Shown here: positions 19,514 through 32,375 of the stretch, one piece after another | Layout: every line of letters starts with the position of its first letter | Numbering within the stretch: the first letter of the stretch is position 1 | NCBI GenBank assembly: GCA_964016885.1 | Contig: CAXHJY010000659.1 | Span: 1 to 33,656, forward strand | Direction of reading: 5' to 3' | Length of the DNA stretch: 33,656 nucleotides | From: Eledone cirrhosa | Taxonomy: Eukaryota | The notes under the pieces: generated by a model | What the model was told of the DNA's origin: nothing | Databases searched by the model: none | Seen by the model: the letters and a program-made list of their open reading frames with translations, nothing else | Position numbers and translations under genes: made by a program

Positions 19514-19642
19514 ATATGGTTTTATAAATATAGTTTCCATTTATTAATATCATATATCTACTCCAAATACTTGTCGAGTGCTTTATATCAGTTATAAAAA
19601 TATTTACTTGTTGTATCCCAACAATTTTAAATAGAACTTTTG

Positions 19643-19676
<34 letters not shown>

Positions 19677-19831
19677 CATATATATATATATATGTATGTA
19701 TATATGTAGGAGGTGAGTTTTATTGTAGTACAATAAAGCAATGCAGATATCGGCTAAGAAGCACTCTACAGTTTGTAGGACTGGAGTATACATAATATAT
19801 AAGATCAAAAGATGGTTAAAAGAGTTCCATG

Positions 19832-19902
19832 TATTTTATTATGCGCATTTCAAAAACAAATATCATCATGCAATAACATTTGTGTTTTCATCACATAAAA
19901 TA
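19832..19902 (-). ncRNA. type I hammerhead motif with C3-to-G core variant
   Basis: UAUUUUAU-GUGAUGA-16 bp stem II (one mismatch, GCAU loop)-GAAA-UGCGCA-UA-AUAAAAUA. Confidence 0.8.
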
Positions 19903-20257
19903 GGAAGACATGATATGAAGGTTAAAAAACACTTGTGGGTAGTGCAGTTTTAAATCAACATATGAAAAGTAGTTTTAGATTGATGTGAGATATTGGGGAA
20001 AACATTTTTTTTTAGGGGGAGGGGGATGAAAAAGAGGAGGAGATGAGAGTAAAAAGTGGAGGGGGAGGAGTATAATGAGGAAGGATGAGATAGGAGAAGA
20101 GATGGGTGATAGAGAGAGAGAGATAGCTTTTATAACTGAGAAAAATATATTGTTTTACATAGAGAGGTTGAAAAACCGTTGGAAGATAATGTATAAATTA
20201 AAAGAATTTGAAAATTAACGAAGAGAAAAATAATGTAAAGTTAAGGTTTGTATATTG

Positions 20258-20425
20258 AAGGGTTTAATAATATGTGCGATGAAAAGAAATTGTTAATATG
20301 TATTAAGAATAATATTTAAGGGTTTAATAATATGTGCGATCGAAAGAAAATGTTAATATGTATTAAGAATAATATTTAAGGGTTTAATAATATGTGCGAT
20401 GGAAAGAAAATGTTGATATGTATTA
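20258..20425. repeat. 60-bp tandem repeat, ~2.8 copies, in PLE 3' UTR
   Basis: AAGGGTTTAATAATATGTGCGAT... recurs at 60-bp spacing; two copies also in the inverted arm 22860-22980. Confidence 0.92.
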
Positions 20426-20868
20426 TTAAAAATAGCAAAGGTAATGTAAGTAAGGATATATTGTGAAAAAAGTAGAAGATGGGATGAAATAGTTAGATGA
20501 GCATGAAAGTGAGAAAAAAATAATGAATTGAGGATGACTAATCTAACGTCAAAAAAAAGTTTATGTTTACGAAGGATTTTTTCAAGGTGATATAAAGTAA
20601 GAATATATTGTATTGTGTAATAATTGTTTCTATGTTAGGCACAGTGAGAAAAGGTACAGATTAGGGGTTAGAAATTAAAAGAAAAAGAAAAGGAAAAGGA
20701 AGAAAGGGAAGTGATAAATAGGAGTGATATAGAATGAGTAACAAGTATTATATAATGTATAATAAATAACTTTGAAATAAGGTAGAAAGATGGGTATATT
20801 TTTAAAGAAGTATATATATATATATGTGCCTTTGAGAAAAGGATTCTAAATTGATAACGTATTGGATA

Positions 20869-22830
20869 TTAGCTGTATACTTTATGGAATGTTCTGTGGA
20901 ATTTATGCAAGCAGAGAGAAAACAAGTCAGTGCGTCTATTTATTATAGAATCTAAATTAGATATAATGGTAAATTTTTCATTTAGACAGAGATTGCAAGT
21001 CTTGGATAGAGAACTGTTCAAGTATGAAGAAGCAGAAGAAACCTTTTTCCAAGAGATGTTATATTTAATATTTTTGTCTTTTAAGGACCATATGAGTTCT
21101 GAGAGAGCCGTGTTGGTTCTTTTAAGTTGGTATTTAAAAGACGAATGATGATTATAAAGACGAGCTTTAAAGAAGGTGAAAGTGGAGCCAAAATAGGTGA
21201 AGGAATTGGTGTCAGTTATAACTTTACATTCGTAGATTAAGTTTTTATCAAGACAATGGTTGTTGAGAGGACATTTATTTTTAACAGGGCAATTACAATT
21301 GCGATTAGAGAGATTATTAACGAGTGACCTAGTGTTATCTATAGAAGGAATTGGATTGGAGAATTTATTTGCGATAGGAATAATAGTTTCTTGATTTAGA
21401 ATGGCATTAAGAACATTTAGCGAAGTTGTGTTTGACGTTGTATTTGGGTTTGCAGAAATTAGCCTAGAGTTTACAATGACGTCGGGAGTACTATTACTAT
21501 TATTATGATATTCAGTGATGGAAGGAAGAGATTTAGTATTTAGTATTTTATTGTTGTGTTTAGAGATAATGTTGGACATGTTGGAGGATGTCGAATAGAA
21601 AAATGTTATAGTGTGTTTGTTAAATATTTTACTATAGATATGTGAGGGAGGGAAGCATTTATTTAAGGCACTAAAGAATAATTTAGGAATATTATTATTA
21701 ATAGAGATGGAGAAAGGAGCATTATACCAGATTATGTTTTTGTATCTAGGTCTTTTATTAAAGTTATTGGAATGATCATGATTAATTATTCTACTGTAAG
21801 ATCTTCTAGAATTTGTTTCTTTACTATATTTGATTTTATCAGGATAGCCGGCTTTAGAAAGCACGTTATTATAGTAATTGGCGTTAGCATCAAAGATGTT
21901 TTTATTAGAAGATAGGTTAGATATTCTTTTTCCAATATTACTAACTATAGCATTCTTAATATTAGTGGGGTGGTTAGATTTAAAATTAACATAATTTAGG
22001 TTCTCATTGTTTTTATGGTAAGGGTAATATAGGCCAGTGTCAAGATTAAGAGATACATCCAAGAAATTAGCTAGTTTGATGCTGTTATCAAATTCAATTT
22101 TTAGGTTATGTTGGTTAAAGAGATTACGTATATTGTTCTTAATAATATTAAGGTTAACTATGTTGCAATTTAAGATAGTAAAGAGTCCATCGTCACGATA
22201 AATTCCACCGCGAAGTTGAGGAATTTTCCCACTCAAAGAGTTCAAAATAAAGATACCAATTAAATCTGTCAATTGGGATGAATCGGATGCTCCGATTGTG
22301 ATGTCGAAGTTGTTAGAGGTATCAGCTCTGGTCCAATATTCATTGTTGAACTCAAGGATGGTTTTACGTGCGGTGAGAATGATGTGAAGTTCATCTGTGG
22401 TGATGTCAGAATATTTAAATGCGAAAGATAGAGCATTGTTGAGAAGTGAAGGCGAAATAGAAGAATAGTAGCTGGCAATATCAAATTGATCAAATTTTAG
22501 TTTGATTTTATTATTCAATTTGTTGAACCAGTCAATCACTTCAGAAGTACCAAACCATAAATTTAAGTTAAAAGAAGAGCAATTAGAACGAACCTGTGGG
22601 ATAATTCTATCCAAGATGGCTTTACTAACAACCCCCAGATCTGATTTAGAGGGGGCGATTAATCTAACAGGTAGTTCAGTGCGAAAATTGTTTTTGTGAT
22701 CCTTGAGATTTATCCTCGGAGTTCTTGGGAGGAATGGTTCGGTCTTTTTTCCGATACCAAGTTTTGACATAATCTCAGAGGCTTCAAAGTTTATGGATTC
22801 TAAATTATCATATATCGTAAAACAAACCAT
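20869..22830 (-). CDS. PLE reverse transcriptase + C-terminal GIY-YIG endonuclease, 5'-truncated, no stops
   Basis: INLKDHK, RLIAPSKSDLG, QFDIASYYSSI, IYRDDG, NFLDV, SNHP, CNC-x5-CPL, NLIY...YFGST...FKARLYNH, CNLCLNEK. Confidence 0.9.
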   Translation of the reverse strand: MVCFTIYDNLESINFEASEIMSKLGIGKKTEPFLPRTPRINLKDHKNNFRTELPVRLIAPSKSDLGVVSKAILDRIIPQVRSNCSSFNLNLWFGTSEVIDWFNKLNNKIKLKFDQFDIASYYSSISPSLLNNALSFAFKYSDITTDELHIILTARKTILEFNNEYWTRADTSNNFDITIGASDSSQLTDLIGIFILNSLSGKIPQLRGGIYRDDGLFTILNCNIVNLNIIKNNIRNLFNQHNLKIEFDNSIKLANFLDVSLNLDTGLYYPYHKNNENLNYVNFKSNHPTNIKNAIVSNIGKRISNLSSNKNIFDANANYYNNVLSKAGYPDKIKYSKETNSRRSYSRIINHDHSNNFNKRPRYKNIIWYNAPFSISINNNIPKLFFSALNKCFPPSHIYSKIFNKHTITFFYSTSSNMSNIISKHNNKILNTKSLPSITEYHNNSNSTPDVIVNSRLISANPNTTSNTTSLNVLNAILNQETIIPIANKFSNPIPSIDNTRSLVNNLSNRNCNCPVKNKCPLNNHCLDKNLIYECKVITDTNSFTYFGSTFTFFKARLYNHHSSFKYQLKRTNTALSELIWSLKDKNIKYNISWKKVSSASSYLNSSLSKTCNLCLNEKFTIISNLDSIINRRTDLFSLCLHKFHRTFHKVYS

Positions 22831-23187
22831 GATAATTTAGAATCCATAAACTTTATTCATAAATATTATTCTTAATACATATTAACATTTTCTTTCGATC
22901 GCACATATTATTAAACCCTTAAATATTATTCTTAATACATATTAACAATTTCTTTTCATCGCACATATTATTAAACCCTTCAATATACAAACCTTAACTT
23001 TACATTATTTTTCTCTTCGTTAATTTTCAAATTCTTTTAATTTATACATTATCTTCCAACGGTTTTTCAACCTCTCTATGTAAAACAATATATTTTTCAT
23101 AGTTATAAAAGCTATCTCTCTCTCTCTATCACCCATCTCTCCTCCTATCTCATCCTTCCTCATTATACTCCTCCCCCTCCACTTTTT

Positions 23188-23230
23188 ACAGGACAACCCG
23201 TCTAACCTATGCTAGCGTGGAAGAACGGAC
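23188..23230 (+). mobile_element. 43-bp tail-less RTE 3' end fragment
   Basis: ACAGGACAACCCGTCTAACCTATGCTAGCGTGGAAGAACGGAC matches 7589-7631 with one mismatch. Confidence 0.85.
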
Positions 23231-23261
23231 TTATATGTATATATATATATACATATACATA

Positions 23262-23313
23262 TAAGTATGTATGTATACGTACATACATATATGTATACAG
23301 ACGTACAGTAGCA

Positions 23314-23361
<48 letters not shown>

Positions 23362-23805
23362 TATACATACAGGTACACATATATATATGTACGTATCAGT
23401 TTAGCGGACGTTTATTATAACGCCCGCTTTGTCCGTTTGTAAACAAGCGGACAGCCTGATTTATGCCGTACGGTGTTAAGGCAACTGCGTCACCTTTTTG
23501 TTCAACACTGACACAGGAACGATGTACTAGTTTCAAGCTTCTTAGCTATCATCAGCACCATATACCCTTCTGCCAGATGGTTGAACGTTCGAAAGTATAT
23601 ACTTTCCTTATGAAAATTAACGGCCGAGCAGCCTAATTTGCATATCGAGTGAGTTCAGTCGGCCAGGCGCACCGAAAACGATAAGTTGGAATAGGATGAA
23701 ACGAAATTTCATTTCTCACTCTTAGTACGTCACTTACTTAAATGTAAGTATGTATGTATACGTACATACATATATGTATAGAGACGTACAGTAGCATGCA
23801 TATAT
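23262..23805 (-). mobile_element. retrozyme-like non-coding element, 483-bp period
   Basis: 61-bp direct repeats 23262-23322 and 23745-23805 (one mismatch seen) enclosing a hammerhead; no credible ORF. Confidence 0.65.
23519..23561 (-). ncRNA. minimal type I hammerhead ribozyme
   Basis: AUGGUG-CUGAUGA-UAGC uaagaa GCUU-GAAA-CUAG-UA-CAUCGU; palindromic stem III ACUAGU. Confidence 0.88.
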
Positions 23806-24948
23806 CCAGGATACTACTGCAAAACATAAAAATAACTGTAACTGCAATAAACCAGGTTCGTGCCCATTGAATAACCAATGCCTAGCACGCAATATTGTCT
23901 ACCGATGTACAATAAATTCCGGAACCAACAAATGGTATTACGTCGGATGTACCGCAACATCTTTCAAAGCTCGCCTATACCAACATCGATCTTCGATCAA
24001 GCATGAGAAAATGCGCTCCGTAACAACCCTCGCAGCTTCGGAAGAACAATCAAGCATTCTCCCTTGATTGGCAAATTATTGCAGTTGCGCCAGCATATAA
24101 GCAAAATCACCGATTTTGTAAATTATGCAATATGGACATATACTGCATTTTAACGTCGGAAAACAAACTTTTGAACAGCAAAATTGAACGTTCACTTTAC
24201 TGTAACCATCGTTTAAAAACGACTTTTTCTTTTTTTAAATGCATGTAATGTTATCTTTTTACACCACCATTTGCAAATGTTTACTTTAATTTTTATTTCA
24301 TAATTTTATATGTTTATACACACGATATGGCTTTTTATAATAATAGCACTAAACACTGTTTCTAAGACCCCTTCAGAAATATCCTGCTACTATAATAGTC
24401 CCAATAACTTGTCTGTAATTCTGTACTACATTGACCCCTTTAACTAAATTCTGTCCAAACAACACCACTAGAAGAATCTACTTCCCACGCCAACCCTAAC
24501 ACGCCTCATTTAGCTAACTGCTGCCAAAACATTTTCTTCTATACAATCTCTAACAGTCTTGAATCCTAAGACTCCCTCCCCCTTACTCGCTTCCCTCTTC
24601 CTCTTCCCTTCCTACCTCCTACTTTCTCACATATCTAGTGTATAAAATATTTTCCTATCATTCTACCATAAAGGTCTGACGACATGGTGTGTTCTCTTAC
24701 AGTGTACCTACGATTTATGATAATATTTTTATATTATAGAAATAGCGAGGTATAGGTAACCCACACACTGTAGAAACAATTGTTACCTAATAAATGCTTT
24801 ATACCCGCATTTCCGTTTCATAAACTTCTTCATATTTTCTCCGGATTTTAAAGCATATTTTATTATACGTTGAGCAATCTCCGACGTTGGTTGACTCCAT
24901 CCAATGCGACTACCTAGTAACATTGGAGTACAGATTTATTAATTCTAT
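23806..24948 (+). mobile_element. Penelope-like element family D, 3' fragment (GIY-YIG + 3' UTR), same type as family C
   Basis: CNCNKPGSCPLNNQCLARNIVY...YYVGCTATSFKARLYQH; frameshift near 24033, then DWQIIAVAPAY...CKLCN...LLNSK...CNH, stop at 24248. Confidence 0.85.
24672..24788 (+). ncRNA. type I hammerhead ribozyme with ~90-nt stem II
   Basis: AGGU-CUGACGA-CAUGGUGUGU...ACACACUGUA-GAAA-CAAUUG-UU-ACCU; inner pairing UACCUA/UAGGUA. Confidence 0.8.
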
Positions 24949-25300
24949 ATCATCATCATCATCATCATCATCATTTCATTTTACGTCCGATTTTTCCCTG
25001 CTTGCAAGGGTGGGACGGGAACTGATGCTGGCTTGATTTCTACAGCTGGATGCCCTTCCTAACACCAACCTCATTTACAGTGAGTGCTGGGTGCTTTTTT
25101 TGTCGTGGCACCTCCACGACCACTTTGCAGTGGTATGATATGGACCCCAGTCCCTATCATCTCATTTCTACAGCTGAGTAAACTGGAGCAATGTGAAATA
25201 AAGTGTCTTGCTCAAGGAAACAACACATCACCAGGTCTGAGAATTGAACTCACAACCTTTTGATTGCAAGGCCAATGCTCTAACCACTAAGCCATGTGCC
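24949..25300 (-). mobile_element. tRNA-derived SINE with CORE-like body and RTE-derived tail
   Basis: Minus strand: A box TGGCTTAGTGG, B box GAGTTCAATTC, CCTTGAGCAAGACACTT, then a match to the RTE 3' UTR (7388-7546) and (GAT)n. Confidence 0.88.
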
Positions 25301-25305
25301 TATAC

Positions 25306-25377
<72 letters not shown>

Positions 25378-25405
25378 ATACATACATATATATATATATA
25401 TATAC

Positions 25406-25466
<61 letters not shown>

Positions 25467-25536
25467 AACAAGGTTTAGCAAATAATGAAAAAGTTTCAAA
25501 ATAAATTTTAAAAAATTGACTTTACCTACTATAGTT

Positions 25537-25619
25537 ACCTTTACCGATCGGTTTCGAATCCCAAAAATAAACGGAGACCATACGGCCTTCGTTGCAAAGA
25601 AAGATTCTCGTCAGAAGGT
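25537..25619 (-). ncRNA. type I hammerhead ribozyme, extended stem II
   Basis: ACCUU-CUGACGA-GAAUCUU...GGGAUUC-GAAA-CCGAUCGG-UA-AAGGU. Confidence 0.92.
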
Positions 25620-26021
25620 TCTTTACATTCGAAGAATATAAAATTCTTGAATTTAAATTACGAACTGGCGCTATCCAAAACTGTTCCTGAGATGAGAGTG
25701 AATGAAGTGGAATCAATTTTTTCAAGGGCCGAAGTAAAGATAGAGGCAGAGGGAGGTAGGTCAAACCGGCCGCAACTATCACTAGCAGCAGTCGGAACGA
25801 CCCAATTTGTCTCTCAACAATAGAGGAGAGTAGTAATAATAGGATATGTGTTCCTTCACGCACAAGGCGCTAAGGGACGCATGTATTGTCCAACCAAATG
25901 CCAATGTGGTTCAATGGCAGGTTAATAAATTAACGAGCCAGAACATATATAAACAAGGTTTAGCAAATAATGAAAAAGTTTCAAAATAAATTTTAAAAAA
26001 TTGACTTTACCTACTATAGTT

Positions 26022-26104
26022 ACCTTTACCGATCGGTTTCGAATCCCAAAAATAAACGGAGACCATACGGCCTTCGTTGCAAAGAAAGATTCTCGTCAGA
26101 AGGT
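26022..26104 (-). ncRNA. type I hammerhead ribozyme (copy of 25537-25619)
   Basis: Same motif at +485 bp. Confidence 0.92.
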
Positions 26105-26259
26105 TCTTTTCATTCGAAGAATATAAAATTCTTGAATTTAAATTACGAACTGGCGCTATCCAAAACTGTTCCTGAGATGAGAGTGAATGAAGTGGAATCA
26201 ATTTTTTCAAGGGCCGAAGTAAAGATAGAGGCAGAGGGAGGTAGGTCAAACCGGCCGCA

Positions 26260-27143
<884 letters not shown>

Positions 27144-27618
27144 TGCTGATAAACTCCGACCTCACACACTTACACCTCTCCAAGACAATGTCACTGGACC
27201 GAGACCTTTGGCGGTACTCAGTAACAGAGAAGACCCGCCTTGCCAGTAGGCATCTCTAACAAAATACACCCCGTCCCACCACCACCACCCCCACCCCATC
27301 CACACCACCCCGTCCTATGTAAAGTTATGTTGGTGCCGCGCCATCCGGGCCGAAACAAATGAGATCGTGTAGGTGTCACGACAAAAAAACACACAGTCCA
27401 CGCTGTAATGTGGCCGTGTAGGCAACACGGTAAAAACCTCCCAGACCCACACTGTAAATGTGGTTGGTGTTAGGAAGGGCATCCAACTGTAGAAAACCTG
27501 CCAGACAGTCCTATGCGAGCAAGACAATCACTCTTGCCTCAAGTGGGACTACCCCCGTCCAAACCCATGCAAGCGTGGAACACGGACGTTAAACGTTGAT
27601 GATGATGATGATGATGAT
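27144..27618 (+). mobile_element. 3' fragment of a second RTE subfamily, (GAT)n tail
   Basis: [26 protein letters not shown] aligns with [26 protein letters not shown]; shared GGTTGGTGTTAGGAAGGGCATCCA. Confidence 0.9.
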
Positions 27619-27625
27619 ATATACA

Positions 27626-27670
<45 letters not shown>

Positions 27671-27674
27671 ATAC

Positions 27675-27729
<55 letters not shown>

Positions 27730-27740
27730 CATATATATAC

Positions 27741-27774
<34 letters not shown>

Positions 27775-27782
27775 ACATATAC

Positions 27783-27955
<173 letters not shown>

Positions 27956-27982
27956 CATACATATATATATACATATATATAG

Positions 27983-28571
27983 ACATGGTGGCTGCCAACT
28001 CGTTTTCGAGTACGGCCACTACTTTATATCCATGTAGGAGAACCCCTACCAATGCGCTGAACGAGTGTGACTTTTTAGTCCAGCCAGCGACTTGAAAACT
28101 CTGGTACAAACACTACACCTGTGACAATTATTGACACATAGTGCTGGGCCCATGGTACCATGTGACGACAAGTGCAGAGAGATCTCCAGATATAAAGCAA
28201 TGCCTGTGCCGTGAAGCTTTTATAGTGAGCAAAGGCACTGCACAAATCCAGTCCCACTCTCTTAACCAAGATAATATTTACCAAAAAGAAGAACAATTCA
28301 ACATCATTGGATACCATCAGGGTTGCAGGTGTTATATCAGAGTTTTCCTTCTCCTAGAATTCTGCCTTGACAAAGGCTAAGGGGTCATCTCTCCCGGTGA
28401 TTTTGGATGGCCATTGACTCTAAAGAGCTCCTTTGCCCTTTGACAGGTTTTGTTTTTAGTCCTGCAGGATGTCCAAAGTCACCCTCCTCACCAAGAAACC
28501 TTGGTGGGGTTGCCAGTTTAGTCGCCAACGACCCGACCATGGAACAGGTTGTACTGGGATACATGTTACCA
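27983..28571 (-). mobile_element. bipartite non-autonomous RTE-derived element, copy 1
   Basis: Minus strand has RTE 5'-UTR-like CTAGGAGAAGGAAAACTCTGA, a terminal C2H2 remnant [22 protein letters not shown] and a 3' stem-loop. Confidence 0.65.
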
Positions 28572-28813
28572 TACATACATATATATATACATACATATAT
28601 ATATACATACATATATATATATACATAAATACATACATATATATATATACATATATATATACATACATATATATATACATACATATATATATACATACAT
28701 ATATATATATATACATACATATATATATACATACATATATATATACATACATATATATATATACATATATATATACATACATATATATATACATACATAT
28801 ATATATATATATA

Positions 28814-29308
28814 GTGGCTGCCAACTCGTTTTCGAGTACGGCCACTACTTTATATCCATGTAGGAGAACCCCTACCGAAGCGCTGAACGAGTGTGACTTT
28901 TTAGTCCAGCCAGCGACTTGAAAACTCTGGTACAAACACTACACTTGTGACAATTATTGACACAGTGCTGGGCCCATGGTACCATGTGAGGACAAGTGCA
29001 GAGAGATCTCCAGATACAAAGCAATGCCTGTGCCGTGAAGCTTTTATAGTGAGCAAAGGCACTGCACAAAGCCAGTCCCACTCTCTTAACCAAGATGATA
29101 TTTACCAAAAGAAGAACAAGTCAACATCATTGGATACCATCAGGGTTGCAGGTGTTATATCAGAGTTTTCCTTCTCCTAGAATTCTGCCTTGACAAAGGC
29201 TAAGGGGTCATCTCTCCCGGTGATTTTGGATGGCCATTGACTCTTAAGAGTTCCTTTGCCCTTTGACAGGTTTTGTTTTTAGTCCTGCAGGATGTCCAAA
29301 GTCACCCT
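28814..29308 (-). mobile_element. bipartite RTE-derived element, copy 2 (5'-truncated)
   Basis: Highly similar to 27988-28485. Confidence 0.65.
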
Positions 29309-31824
<2,516 letters not shown>

Positions 31825-32034
31825 TTTCTGAATTTGTTTAGCAAGATTCTTTATCTGAAATCGTGTGTTGAAACCGATATTGTTATACTTTGGAGGGTCA
31901 TGTTGCCAATAAGAAACACACGCACCAGTTGCTTTCACTTCAATTTAATTTAATATATATTTATAAATTTACAAATTTATAAATTTCTGGTTGGTTGGTT
32001 GGTTCCACAACCAGATAGTTGTTTATATATATAT

Positions 32035-32079
32035 AGTCATAGTTCTTTCGTCACACACTCTGTGACCTCTTCAGTGACT
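32035..32079 (-). ncRNA. minimal type I hammerhead ribozyme (same as 10523-10567)
   Basis: Same motif sequence although the flanks diverge. Confidence 0.88.
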
Positions 32080-32375
32080 GGGGATTTCTTTCTTCGTTTC
32101 TGTGCCTTTCCTTTCTTCTATCCTACGCCATTTTGTTTGTGTGTGGGTTGCGTGCTCAGTTTGCGCATGCGCCACATCCGGGTGTCTGTGTGTGTTTGTG
32201 TTCATTTTTCTATTTTTCTATTTATATTTGTTTGTTTATTTATTTATTTATTGTTGGTTGGTTGTTTGTTCTATGTGTGTGTGTGTTTTCATGTTGTCTT
32301 GTGTGTGTTTTCATTTTGTGTGTGTTTTCAATTGTAAGTTGTTTATATATGTGTGTGTGTGTTTTCATTTTGTCC

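Larger units (their letters stand above)
17406..19642. mobile_element. ORF-less pair of inverted pseudo-LTR-like arms, each with a hammerhead
   Basis: 17406-17858 is the reverse complement of ~19130-19551 (small indels); 1.27 kb AT-rich spacer with (AAAAT)n; TA at both outer ends. Confidence 0.8.
19706..23189 (-). mobile_element. Penelope-like element family C (probably Hydra-type) with inverted partial pseudo-LTR at the 5' end
   Basis: ORF 20869-22830, 1.1 kb 3' UTR with hammerhead; 22860-23189 is the reverse complement of 20049-20378. Confidence 0.88.
25466..26259 (-). mobile_element. retrozyme-like partial tandem (1.6 x 485 bp) with two hammerheads
   Basis: 25466-25774 equals 25951-26259 (one mismatch seen); no RT or endonuclease; TA on both sides. 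Confidence 0.8.

Noticed and set aside
20258-20425. CRISPR-like array
   Set aside because: Contiguous 60-bp tandem units with no unique spacers, in eukaryotic retroelement UTR.
23570-23645. Palindrome GAAAGTATATACTTTC as a plus-strand hammerhead, and octamer ATTTGCAT
   Set aside because: No CUGANGA core or stem I; a lone octamer is not enough to call a promoter.
25230-25300. tRNA gene
   Set aside because: A and B boxes present but no proper acceptor stem, and it continues into a SINE body.
25522-25863. 113-aa Leu-rich ORF inside the 485-nt unit (coding circular RNA?)
   Set aside because: GTG start just after an in-frame TAG, no early ATG, no recognisable motif; revisit only if the frame is conserved across copies.
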